Below, one piece after another: positions 50,075 to 59,420 of a stretch of DNA of 64,000 bases (its first letter is position 1; each line of letters begins with the position of its first letter). Source of the DNA: Longimicrobiales bacterium (GTDB lineage Bacteria; Gemmatimonadota; Gemmatimonadetes; Longimicrobiales; Gaopeijiaceae); assembly GCA_965248195.1 (NCBI GenBank), contig CBDFIQ010000002.1, positions 2,112,001-2,176,000 of the forward strand. Direction: 5' to 3'. The position numbers were made by a program, and so were the translations under genes. A model generated the notes under the pieces. The model worked only from the letters and a program-made list of their open reading frames with translations, was not told the DNA's origin and made no database searches.

Positions 50075-50103
50075 AATTTAGAACTCGACGAAAGGAGCGT
50101 CAA
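50075..50103 (-). promoter_or_regulatory. Sigma70-type promoter for ffs
   Basis: Minus strand TTGACG (50103-50098), 17-bp spacer, TAAATT (50080-50075). Confidence 0.7.
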
Positions 50104-50169
50104 CGTTACGGAAACCGCACAGAAAATGCCTGTGCGGTAAAGTTGACGGCGGATTTCAGGACGCGGCGA

Positions 50170-50622
50170 TCACTCGGTCCACGCTCCCTCGACGTGCTCC
50201 AATTCAACGGCTCCACCAGGCATTATCCGTACCGAAACGGCGTCGAACCGATAGGATCGTGCGTTGAAGTCACTCCGTGCGATCCACGCGCTGGCGGCGA
50301 CGGAGATCGCGCGGCGCTTTCTCCAGGTGATGGCCTCCAGGGGATGGCCGAATGCGGGCCCGCTGCGGCCCTTTACCTCCACAAACGCGACGAGTCCATC
50401 CTTCTCCACCACGAGGTCTATTTCCTTGCGGAGAAAGCGGACGTTGCGGTCGAGGACTCGCCAACCCCGCTCCTTCAAGAGGGCTTCGGCCAGCGCTTCG
50501 AAACGGCATCCGCGACGTACGGTGTTCAAAAAATGAAGGGCGTATGCTTCGGGCTCGGGGGGGGAACGTCTACCCCTAGCTTCGCTAGGATGGGAGGGCG
50601 CAGCCATGGTAGGAGGGGCCAT
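50170..50622 (-). CDS. yraN: YraN family PD-(D/E)xK nuclease
   Basis: E.LA...L...GW.VL.RN.R....EIDLV, FVEVK.R, RFDAV; start uncertain. Confidence 0.88.
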   Translation of the reverse strand: MAPPTMAAPSHPSEARGRRSPPEPEAYALHFLNTVRRGCRFEALAEALLKERGWRVLDRNVRFLRKEIDLVVEKDGLVAFVEVKGRSGPAFGHPLEAITWRKRRAISVAASAWIARSDFNARSYRFDAVSVRIMPGGAVELEHVEGAWTE

Positions 50623-50652
50623 CCTGGAAGGCTGTCGAGAACTTAAAACCCT

Positions 50653-51681
50653 CTAGAGCGGCCGCTGCACTTCACGCCCGATCGCGTCCGCAATCACCCG
50701 GATCTGATCCATGAGCTCTGTGAACTGATCGGGATAGAGCGACTGCGCACCGTCTGAGCGAGCCTCCGGGGGGTTCGCATGCACTTCGATCATCAACCCG
50801 TCGGCGCCAGCCGCTACCGCCGCGCGCGCCATTGGAATGACCTTATCCCGAATCCCCGTGCCATGACTCGGGTCCGCGATGATCGGAAGGTGCGAAAGGG
50901 ACTTCACGACCGGGATCGCCGTGAGGTCCAAAAGGTTGCGTGTGTGCGTGTCGAAACTGCGCACACCGCGCTCACACAGGATCACCTGTTCGTTTCCTTC
51001 GGCCAGGATATACTCGGCCGCGAGGAGCAATTCGTTGATCGTTGCGGACATCCCCCGCTTGAGCAGCACCGGCGTTTTGTTTTGGCCAGCCCGCCGCAGC
51101 ACAGGGTAGTTCTGCATGTTGCGGGCGCCGATCTGAATGATGTCGGCGTACTGAGCAACCAGGTCGACCCCTTCGGGGTCCAACGCCTCAGTCACGATGG
51201 CCATCCCCGTGGCCTCCCTGGCCTGGGCCAACATCTTGAGCCCCTCCTCCCCGAGCCCCTGCCACGAGTAGGGTGAGGTTCGGGGCTTGAAAGCCCCCCC
51301 CCGGAGTACGGTGGCCCCCGCCGCCTTGAGTTGGTGTGCGATGTCGAGGATGTCCGAAGCACCCTCCACGGCGCACGGACCGGCGATGATGTTTATCTCT
51401 TCGCCACCGAACCGAACGCCGTTTTCCAGCTCGACGACGGTGTCCGAATCACGCCATTCACGAGAGACCTGCTTGTACGGCTTGGTCACCGGGATGATCT
51501 CGAGGACGCCCAACAATCCCCGGATCCGGCCGTCGTCGACCCCGCCGTCGTTCCCCATGAGCCCGACGGTGGTCCGTTGCTTCCCCGGCATGGGGCGCGC
51601 TTCGTAGCCGAGTCGCTCGATCTCGTCCACGACGGCCTGCACCTCGCTCTCGGAGGCGCCGTGCTTCATCACGACCAACAT
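50653..51681 (-). CDS. aroF: DAHP synthase type I-beta with N-terminal regulatory domain
   Basis: AGPCAVE, GGAFKPRTSPY, QIGARNMQN, KRG, CERG, DPSHGTG. Confidence 0.95.
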   Translation of the reverse strand: MLVVMKHGASESEVQAVVDEIERLGYEARPMPGKQRTTVGLMGNDGGVDDGRIRGLLGVLEIIPVTKPYKQVSREWRDSDTVVELENGVRFGGEEINIIAGPCAVEGASDILDIAHQLKAAGATVLRGGAFKPRTSPYSWQGLGEEGLKMLAQAREATGMAIVTEALDPEGVDLVAQYADIIQIGARNMQNYPVLRRAGQNKTPVLLKRGMSATINELLLAAEYILAEGNEQVILCERGVRSFDTHTRNLLDLTAIPVVKSLSHLPIIADPSHGTGIRDKVIPMARAAVAAGADGLMIEVHANPPEARSDGAQSLYPDQFTELMDQIRVIADAIGREVQRPL

Positions 51682-51682
51682 A

Positions 51683-54600
51683 TCAGGCAGCCGATCCGGT
51701 CGTTTGGAGAGCCTCGCGAAGCTGTACGCCCACGACGGTACTTACGCCGGGCTCTTCCATCGTCACGCCGTAAATCCAGTCGGCGGCCTCGATCGAGCGC
51801 GGATTATGGGTGATGAGCACGAATTGTGTCTGCTCCTTGAACTCCTGGAGAAGTCGGATGAAACGACCGATGTTGTTCTCGTCCAAAGGTGCGTCCACCT
51901 CATCGAGCACGCAGAACGGACTTGGCTTTACAAGATAGATCCCGAAGAGCAGCGAAAGCGCCGTGAGCGCTCGCTCCCCACCCGAGAGCAGGTCAATGCG
52001 CTGCGTCTTCTTTCCTTTCGGCGACGCATGGATCTCGATGGGAGACTCCAGTGGATCCTCCGAATCGGAAAGCCAGATATCAGCATCTCCGCCCTCGAAC
52101 AGGCGCGTGAAGGTGGCGCGGAAATTTTCGCGGATCTTCTCGAACGTATCCTCGAAAAGGTCGATGGCAGTCTCGTTGATTTTCCGAATGGCTGCCTTCA
52201 GGTCGTTGCGGGCGGCCACGAGATCGTCTCTCTGCTCCGAGAGGAACCCGAGCCTGGCGCTCTCCTCCTCATGCTCCTCCACCGCAAGCATATTGACGAG
52301 TCCCATCCGCTCCAGCTTGACGACGATGTCCGAGAGTTCCGCCTTCAGCTCCTCCGGCGTGCCCTCCACGGGTTCTGCCTCTTCCAAGAGGCGATCGAGC
52401 GGCCGTCCCCACTCGCCCTCCAACCTCTCCCGAATCAAGCCGATGCCGCCTGACACCTCTTGATGCTCGAGTTCGAGCTGGTGCCGCTGGTCCACGGCCT
52501 CCCGCTCTGCACTCCGAAGCTCGCGGGCCGCTCGCTCAGCTTCGGCCAGAGCCTCTGCGACCCCGGTAAGCAACGCACTCTTTTCGTTCAACACCGTTCG
52601 AGCGTCGTCCCGTTCGCCGAATAGGCGCTCGGTCTCCTTCTTGCCCTCCTCTTGGCACTGGACGGCAGTCGCCACGTCACCAGTCAGAACTTCCTCTTCG
52701 GCATCTAGATCGTCCAAACGTTTCTCCTGCGCGTTACGATCACGGGTCAAATCCTCGAAGCGTTGCGCCACCTGCTTGGCCTCTTCCTCCGCACGTGCTA
52801 GCCGAATCGAAAGGCGGGCCTCCTCGGCACGCGCCTCCTCCCACTCATTTCGGACCACCGCCAAATCGCTTCGGGAAGCCTCCCGTACCGCCCGCGTATC
52901 GCTCTCCTGTGTGAGAAGTCGCTCCCGATCCTCCTTGGCCGTCGTTGCACGCTCCAGCGCGCGAGCGCGTGCGGCCCTGGTCCCCTCGAGTTGTCTCGCA
53001 AGCTCGTCCCGGTGCCCGTCCATGCGAGCACGCTGGTCTACCTGGGCCGCACCCTCGGCGCTCGCCGTCCGGAATTCATCCTGCGCATTGCCTAGCGTGG
53101 TGCGTGCCTGTTCGACCGCAACCTCTGCATGGGCGTATCGAGCTTCTTCATCCTCCAGGCTTTGCCGAGAGGCCGAGGCTTCTACCTCCGCCTTCGACAA
53201 CGTGGCGCGGAGCGTCACGAGGCGGTCCTTTCGCTCGAGCCGTCCTGAAATCACGGAGGGAGTTCCGACCCGAATCAGGCCTCGCGGGTCGAGAATCGTG
53301 CCGTCCCGAAGGAGCCGTTGCCGTGCGGTGGGGGCCTCCACTTTGGCCGATTCGACGAGATCGACCTCGCCGAGCAAGGCCTCGACCCAAGGAGCACCCT
53401 CGCCCAGGGCGTGGACCGACTCGAGGAGAGTCCCAGTCGCCTTGTCCGGAACGTTATCGAGCGGGAGCAAGACCAGCCCGCCGCCGCCCTGCCAGTCCTC
53501 GGAGAACCACCGTATGAGGCGATCGGCGGTTCGGCTGTCCCTCACGATCAAGGCCTCCGCCAGCGTCCCTAGGTAGGCCTCCACCGCGGGGCCCAACTCG
53601 GCTGGCGCCTCGATGAAACTCAACAGCGACCCGACCACATCCGGGTCCCCGAGTGCGAGCGCGGCCTTGGCCACCGGATCGATCCCCTCCTGCCCCCGCT
53701 CAATGGCTTCCAACGCTGCCAACTCCGCCTCGATGCCGTGTGCGGCACGCACCGCCCTCAGTTCTTCACGCCGCGCAGTTTCGAGGGAGAGCTTCGCTTT
53801 CCCCAGAGCAGCTCGTGCCGAATCCAACTGGGCTGTAGCCTCCTCGACGGCACCCTCGAGCCCGCCGATGCGACCGGTGAACAGATCTCCCTGAGACTCG
53901 AGATCGGAGAGGGCGTCGGATGCGTCACTCAACTCGGTATCGATCCGTTGCAAGCGGCGCTCGAGTTCCGCTGCCTGGCTTTCCGCCGCGTCCGCATCAC
54001 CCTCGAGTTGAGCCCCCTTCCGCACCACGTCGCGTTCGTGGTGTTCCGTCTCTTCCAGGCGAGCCCGGGCCTTATCGAGACGGCCGCGGACGGCCGCCAC
54101 CACCTCGGCGCGGTCTTTGACATCCTCCCTAATCCGCTCCAACTCTTCGTTCCCGTCACCATGGCGCGAAGCCAACACCTCCAACTCCTCCACCAATCCC
54201 CGCAATCGAGTCTCCGAACTCGCCCGATCCCCTCCGATCTGTTCGAGGCGGCGTTCCGCGAGCCCCTTGCGCTCGTCCGCCACCGCGAGATCACGTTCCC
54301 ACTCGACGAGACGCCCCCCGATTCCGTCCAGGGCCTCCGCGGCCTCTCTCCTGATTCGCTCCGCATCGACCTCTTCCAGACGCAACACCTCGACGGTCGC
54401 TTCAGCCGTCCGGAGTTGGGCTACCATTCCCTGGCCGGTCTTCCGGTCCCCGTCCAGGGTCTCGTCCAACTCCGACAAGCGATCACGCAGCCGGCCCAGG
54501 TCGTGGCCAACGACGGACACTTCAACGGCCAGGCGCCGATCTCTAAGGGTCTTGTAACGCTCAGCCTTTCCTTTCTGCCGGGCCAAGGATCGAACCTTGG

Positions 54601-55198
54601 TCTCGACTTCGCCGATCACGTCCTCCAATCGTGTCAGGTCCCGTTCGGCATGCTCAAGGCGCCTCATCGCCGCCTTGCGGCGGTCCTTGTACTTTCCGAT
54701 CCCCGAGGCTTCCTCGAAGAGGTGGCGGCGCTCCTCGGCCCGATCCGACAGAATCGCGTCGATCATTCGATTCTCGATGACCGAGTAGGCGTTGGCCCCG
54801 AGCCCGGTACCGCGGCACATGTCCAAGACATCGCGGAGCCGACACGTGGAGCGATTCAGCGAATAGTCGCTTCCCCCGTCCCTGTAGACGGTGCGTCCGA
54901 TCTCGACCTCTTTGAACGCCACCGGTAGCCCGCCGTCCTCATTGGAAACCACCATGGTGACCGCACCCCGGTTGACCGGTGGGCGATTCAACGATCCCTG
55001 GAAGATTGCCTCTTCCATCTTGCCACCTCGAATGGCGGAGGGACGCTGCTCCCCCAAGACCCACCGGATGGCATCGCTGATATTGGATTTTCCGCACCCG
55101 TTGGGACCAACGACTGCGGTGATCCCTTCATGGAAGTCGATGACGGTGGCGTCGGCGAAGGACTTGAACCCATGAATGGTGAGGGATCGAAGCTTCAT
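51683..55198 (-). CDS. smc: Chromosome segregation protein SMC
   Basis: GFKSF, GPNGCGKSN, long coiled coils, hinge, LSGGE, LDEVDAPLD. Confidence 0.96.
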   Translation of the reverse strand: MKLRSLTIHGFKSFADATVIDFHEGITAVVGPNGCGKSNISDAIRWVLGEQRPSAIRGGKMEEAIFQGSLNRPPVNRGAVTMVVSNEDGGLPVAFKEVEIGRTVYRDGGSDYSLNRSTCRLRDVLDMCRGTGLGANAYSVIENRMIDAILSDRAEERRHLFEEASGIGKYKDRRKAAMRRLEHAERDLTRLEDVIGEVETKVRSLARQKGKAERYKTLRDRRLAVEVSVVGHDLGRLRDRLSELDETLDGDRKTGQGMVAQLRTAEATVEVLRLEEVDAERIRREAAEALDGIGGRLVEWERDLAVADERKGLAERRLEQIGGDRASSETRLRGLVEELEVLASRHGDGNEELERIREDVKDRAEVVAAVRGRLDKARARLEETEHHERDVVRKGAQLEGDADAAESQAAELERRLQRIDTELSDASDALSDLESQGDLFTGRIGGLEGAVEEATAQLDSARAALGKAKLSLETARREELRAVRAAHGIEAELAALEAIERGQEGIDPVAKAALALGDPDVVGSLLSFIEAPAELGPAVEAYLGTLAEALIVRDSRTADRLIRWFSEDWQGGGGLVLLPLDNVPDKATGTLLESVHALGEGAPWVEALLGEVDLVESAKVEAPTARQRLLRDGTILDPRGLIRVGTPSVISGRLERKDRLVTLRATLSKAEVEASASRQSLEDEEARYAHAEVAVEQARTTLGNAQDEFRTASAEGAAQVDQRARMDGHRDELARQLEGTRAARARALERATTAKEDRERLLTQESDTRAVREASRSDLAVVRNEWEEARAEEARLSIRLARAEEEAKQVAQRFEDLTRDRNAQEKRLDDLDAEEEVLTGDVATAVQCQEEGKKETERLFGERDDARTVLNEKSALLTGVAEALAEAERAARELRSAEREAVDQRHQLELEHQEVSGGIGLIRERLEGEWGRPLDRLLEEAEPVEGTPEELKAELSDIVVKLERMGLVNMLAVEEHEEESARLGFLSEQRDDLVAARNDLKAAIRKINETAIDLFEDTFEKIRENFRATFTRLFEGGDADIWLSDSEDPLESPIEIHASPKGKKTQRIDLLSGGERALTALSLLFGIYLVKPSPFCVLDEVDAPLDENNIGRFIRLLQEFKEQTQFVLITHNPRSIEAADWIYGVTMEEPGVSTVVGVQLREALQTTGSAA

Positions 55199-57186
55199 TC
55201 AGGCAGTGTTCCTCGGCGGGACGTCAGAACTATTCTTCCGACGTCGGCGTCGCTGACCATCCGTCCCATCTCAGCGGCCTGGAACTCATCCGAAAAGGCT
55301 CCGCCGTATACCCGCACGCCCGTCGTGCCATCGGCATATGCAACCTGGAGCGAGTACGCTGGTATCGAAATCTCGGCCAACGCCTGTACCCTGCCTTCCG
55401 CATTCGTCGCCGAATCATACTCGCCGAAATAAAACGCGTATGGAGCATTGAGCACCCGCCAATCGTTCGGGTCCAGCCGATCCAAGACGACGGCGACCGG
55501 GTCTTTCAGGGCATTGGCCTCCACGGCACTGTACGCGGGACCCACGTAGAGTGCGAACCGTCGCGTCCCTGCCACCTCCAGCGGGGTTACGAAAAAGAGA
55601 AGATTCGGAAGCCTGCTCAGTAGGGCCTCGGCGGTACTCAGCGGAGTCTCTGCCGTGGGCCAGGTGTCGATGAACAGAACGTGGTTCATGATCGCGGATT
55701 GCGGTACTGGACCCGGCAAAGCCAGGGGGGGAGGCACGGATCCTACCCGGTCGGGGGGCGTAATTCCGGGAAAGTTTATCAGGCCGTAGTAGGCTGCAAC
55801 CGCCCCGGCACCACCCACGATCAAGATCGTCAGCAACCCGGCAAGGGATTGACGGACGAAGACCGCAAACTTCCGTCGCCGCTCCAGCCGGGCGAGACCC
55901 CGGTATCGGATCCGGCGTGCCGGAGCAGAAGCGTCAACATCGGGCTCCGTTGAGGGTTCCGCGATCACCAACTCCGAAAGCGAACCGGAAGTAGAGGCCG
56001 GGGCGGCCGCTTCGAGGTCCAGTTCCCCGAAATCAATCCCAACACTCGCGACAGCACCGGCAGGCTCGGGCTCGGAAAGCCCTTCGACGTCGTCCGGCGC
56101 ATCAACGAGCTCATTCGGTGCACCCTCTAGCTCGTCCGGCGGAGGCAGGACGCCGATTCCGGCCCTGGCCTCAAAGCCTTCCATACCAAGAGATGTGTCT
56201 GCGCCAGCGGCGACCGCCTCACCTGCAGCATCGTCCTGACCCTCGGCATCGTCCTCGACATCTGCGTCTGTCTGGCTCGCTGTCTCCAGATCCGTTCCGG
56301 AGTCCAGATCTGCGGTCTCCACCCCGACCTCCGGCGAGTCGCTCACTCCGTATTGTCCGCCCCCCAGGTCGCTTAGGCTGAAATCAACGGGCGTCTCACC
56401 CTCCTCAGATGCGCTAGAGGGCACCTCCGGCAGATCATCGACCGTGAAGGCCGGCGGCGCCTCTACCTCAGGAGAACTACCCAGGTCCTCGACCACCGCC
56501 ACAACACCCTCGTCCTCCCCAATCGAGACGACGGGAGCGTCTCCGTTCACCGGGCCCAAAACTCCGATGAGCGCGCCCGACGCACTCCCCAGGATAGTAT
56601 CGATATCCTTAGATGCCGGAGCGAGCACCAGAACTCCCTCGGCTCGCTCGGTCATAGCCTCCACACCCGGGGTGCCAGTCGACACATAAAAAACGAGCGT
56701 GGCTTTCGCCTCCCGACACCCGTTAATCATCATATCCCATCTGACGTGCCTCAGAACATCGGCGACTTCAACCACCGGCGTTCCGGCGGGGGCGAGCATC
56801 AAGCCGCCTGCGACGGGTCCCGCGAATCGCTGAGCTGACGCTCCAAAGAGCACCATGTCGGACACACCCTCACCGTTCTCCACACCCACCGCCTCGTGAA
56901 GCACCGGACGGTCGAGGCACCCATCCGCAAGAATGACGCGATGTCCGGACGCCGCCCATTTCTTTGCGACTGCCAGGCTCGCTTGGGCTCCCCAGTCGCG
57001 ATCGATTTCGGAATCGACGAGAATGACGACGCAAGCGGGCAGGGAGTCCGCGTCAACGAGGGCGGACTCGATCTCCTGCGGCAGACTCCCAGCCGTCGGA
57101 TCTAAGGGCTGCCAAGCCTGATTTCTTGGATTCATTCGTGCGTTCTCGACCTGACGATCATTCCGCCTCGTGAGTCGCCGATCCAT
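55195..57186 (-). CDS. Hypothetical membrane protein: degenerate CpsD/MinD-like domain, acidic linker, TM helix, SPOR-like C-terminus
   Basis: RVILADG.L.RP.LH...G..N..GVSD; D/E-rich middle; RRRK + hydrophobic helix; YFGEY...NAE..V.AL and RVYGGAF; start may be 57135. Confidence 0.75.
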   Translation of the reverse strand: MDRRLTRRNDRQVENARMNPRNQAWQPLDPTAGSLPQEIESALVDADSLPACVVILVDSEIDRDWGAQASLAVAKKWAASGHRVILADGCLDRPVLHEAVGVENGEGVSDMVLFGASAQRFAGPVAGGLMLAPAGTPVVEVADVLRHVRWDMMINGCREAKATLVFYVSTGTPGVEAMTERAEGVLVLAPASKDIDTILGSASGALIGVLGPVNGDAPVVSIGEDEGVVAVVEDLGSSPEVEAPPAFTVDDLPEVPSSASEEGETPVDFSLSDLGGGQYGVSDSPEVGVETADLDSGTDLETASQTDADVEDDAEGQDDAAGEAVAAGADTSLGMEGFEARAGIGVLPPPDELEGAPNELVDAPDDVEGLSEPEPAGAVASVGIDFGELDLEAAAPASTSGSLSELVIAEPSTEPDVDASAPARRIRYRGLARLERRRKFAVFVRQSLAGLLTILIVGGAGAVAAYYGLINFPGITPPDRVGSVPPPLALPGPVPQSAIMNHVLFIDTWPTAETPLSTAEALLSRLPNLLFFVTPLEVAGTRRFALYVGPAYSAVEANALKDPVAVVLDRLDPNDWRVLNAPYAFYFGEYDSATNAEGRVQALAEISIPAYSLQVAYADGTTGVRVYGGAFSDEFQAAEMGRMVSDADVGRIVLTSRRGTLPE

Positions 57187-57308
57187 GCACAGAGCGACCG
57201 CGAAGCGGCCACCCGCTCAACGGCGGCAAGGTAACGCCCCCTCACGTAGAGGTCCATCGGGTGTCTAATTGGCCACTTCGCAGTACATCGGCGGGATCCG
57301 CGGTCGGC

Positions 57309-57587
57309 GTACCGGCTGAGAGGAACAGTAAGGCCGGCGTGATAAAGATGATGCCGCAGCCTCCGGAACGCTCGATGAGAGGTCCGAATTTCGCGATCTC
57401 CGGAATCAGTCCGGAGTCGGTCGAACGGGTGAAAACGATAGGCGCCTTGGTCCAACAGGCCCTACGCTCCTGGCGAGGCTCGGATTTTAACCTCCGTATC
57501 TGAGTTCGACCGGCGCGGGTCTCCCGCCGCATCCCTGGTCACAGAAAGCTACCCCTCGATGGGGACAACTGTAAACAGGTCATCGCC
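57309..57587 (-). pseudogene. rlmH: Heavily decayed rlmH (23S rRNA m3-pseudouridine methyltransferase) remnant
   Basis: Single frame with two TAG stops: GDDLFTVVPIEG*LSVTRDAAG...RASPGA*GLLDQGAYRFHPFDRLRTD...SHRAFRRLRHHLYHAG...RY, colinear with RlmH motifs; directly after rsfS. Confidence 0.55.
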
Positions 57588-57604
57588 CGAACGGATTGGC
57601 CGTG

Positions 57605-57976
57605 TCAGCCGTCGAACTCGAGCCTCGGAGCATCTCCCCAGAGGACCTCCAGCTGGTAGAACTGGCGCGCCTCGTCGTGGAACACGTGGACGACGAAGTC
57701 GATGTAGTCGATCAGTACCCACCGGCCACCCTGGAGGCCCTCGATATGTTCTGGCCGGATCTCTTTCTCCTTCAATTGTTCGACGATGTTTTCGGCGATC
57801 GCCTTCACCTGGACATCGGACCGGCCGGAGGCGAGCAGAAAATAGTCCGTGGCACCCGAAATGCTGGCGAGGTCTAGCGCAACGACATCGGCCGCCTTGC
57901 GCTCAAGGGCGAGCTCTGCCGCTCGCGCGACAGCGTCGGTGATTTCGGGTCTAATTTTCTTGGATCCTACCGGCAT
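57605..57976 (-). CDS. rsfS: Ribosome silencing factor
   Basis: KA.DV..LD, DYFLLASG.S..QVKAI, W.LIDY.D.VVHVF..R.FY.LE.LW. Confidence 0.95.
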   Translation of the reverse strand: MPVGSKKIRPEITDAVARAAELALERKAADVVALDLASISGATDYFLLASGRSDVQVKAIAENIVEQLKEKEIRPEHIEGLQGGRWVLIDYIDFVVHVFHDEARQFYQLEVLWGDAPRLEFDG

Positions 57977-57995
57977 ATCGGACCTTGGCGATGGG

Positions 57996-58451
57996 CTAAT
58001 CTTCGCCCGGCTCCACCTGGATCTCGACCTCTACCTCGACCTGGCTGTGGAGCCGGACAAGCACCTTCGAGACCCCTAACAGCTTCAGGGGCTCCTCGAG
58101 CTGGACGATCCGGCGATCTACTTCGAAATCCAGTTCGCCTTGGTTCAGTCGATCCGCCACATCGGCGTTGGTAACCGCCCCGAACAGCCTCCCATCTTCC
58201 CCCGCGCGGACGTGGAACACCAGGGACGTGCCTTCCAACTGCGACGCCCGGCGGCGAGCCTCAAGGTAGTCATGCTTCGCCAGTTCCTCGGCATCATCAC
58301 GCTCCCGCTCCAATCTCCGTAAATTGCCGGCGCTTGCGAGGTAGGCCAGTCCCTGGGGAAGGAGATAGTTACGCGCGTACCCCGCCTTAACATCGACGAC
58401 GTCGCCTTGATCGCCGAGCCGGTCAACCGTCCTTCTCAGAATGAGCTTCAT
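57996..58451 (-). CDS. rplI: 50S ribosomal protein L9
   Basis: MKLIL...V..LG..GDVVDVK.GYARNYL.P, G.LFG.VT. Confidence 0.96.
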   Translation of the reverse strand: MKLILRRTVDRLGDQGDVVDVKAGYARNYLLPQGLAYLASAGNLRRLERERDDAEELAKHDYLEARRRASQLEGTSLVFHVRAGEDGRLFGAVTNADVADRLNQGELDFEVDRRIVQLEEPLKLLGVSKVLVRLHSQVEVEVEIQVEPGED

Positions 58452-58465
58452 CAATCCTTCTCCAT

Positions 58466-59410
58466 CTACGATTTGCCCGCGGCGATTCCCGTGGCCTTCG
58501 ACCGGAGGTCGAGCCAGGTATCGCCGACACCTACAACCAGGGCGCCCATGATCAGCACGGGCGCGAGGAACAACATTCCGACTGCCAAGAAAAAGAAACC
58601 GAAACCCGTCACGCCTCCGTTGAGAAAAAGCAACACTGCGGCGCCGCGCATGGCGTAGAGCCCGCCCATGAAAACGACGGCGTTGCTCCCTGCACTCGTC
58701 CATCCCTCTCCGGCACCGAAAACGATCAGTGCGATCCCCGTCAATAATAGCCACACCAGATGATCATTGAATCGGAATTCGCGAAGTGGGCCTAATTCCA
58801 GTCCGCTCCCGGCCGAGAGCCTCACGTAGGCCCACCACGCAACCGCCAAACCCGACAGAGAGGATAACCCCAGAAGAGCCGGAAAAAGCCTTCCCTGCTG
58901 TGCCGCCAACTCGAAGAGCGTATTCAGTTGGGCGGTAGAGAGGGACACCTCGGAATCGACCGCCATGGACATCTGTGCGATGAGGCTGACACTCCGCATC
59001 TTCCCCTCGGTGATGAGCCAATTCACCATGGACCATGAACCCGGTCGGACCATCAGCAAGAGGCCTACGAGTGCGGCGGTCGCAGCAACCGCAGCGAACG
59101 CTCGAGGAAAGAACCGGCTCCGGGGCCACCGCATGGATAACACGACAAACCAACCGGCGAGCACGACGGACCACCCACGCTCCAGATACCAGACGCCACC
59201 GCACGTCGGTACTCCCACAGCCACAAAGACCGCCAACATCGCCGCTACCGCCGCAGGCAACCTTCGCAAACCGAGCACCATCGTGAGGGTGACGAAGGGA
59301 ACGGCCACCAACACCCCAGCACTGGACACGGAGAAGACCAGCGTAATGACCAGAAGAGCCGCAGCCCTGGGCCAGGTTCGCTCATCAGCCACCGCACTCG
59401 CCTGGAGCAA
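58466..59410 (-). CDS. DUF2232/YybS-like membrane protein
   Basis: Multi-TM ORF between rpsR and rplI ending G.GDTWLDLR. Confidence 0.8.
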   Translation of the reverse strand: MLQASAVADERTWPRAAALLVITLVFSVSSAGVLVAVPFVTLTMVLGLRRLPAAVAAMLAVFVAVGVPTCGGVWYLERGWSVVLAGWFVVLSMRWPRSRFFPRAFAAVAATAALVGLLLMVRPGSWSMVNWLITEGKMRSVSLIAQMSMAVDSEVSLSTAQLNTLFELAAQQGRLFPALLGLSSLSGLAVAWWAYVRLSAGSGLELGPLREFRFNDHLVWLLLTGIALIVFGAGEGWTSAGSNAVVFMGGLYAMRGAAVLLFLNGGVTGFGFFFLAVGMLFLAPVLIMGALVVGVGDTWLDLRSKATGIAAGKS

Positions 59411-59420
59411 CGGAATTTGT

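Noticed and set aside
52641..54928. Long antisense ORFs within smc (and similar ones in hppA, dnaJ, comM)
   Set aside because: Expected stop-poor shadow frames in high-GC DNA.
57132..57532. Intact small proteins in the rsfS downstream gap
   Set aside because: Better explained as a decayed rlmH; no convincing RBS/start.
58452..58754. Extended L9 N-terminus
   Set aside because: Alternative frame within the DUF2232 gene; L9 starts at 58451.
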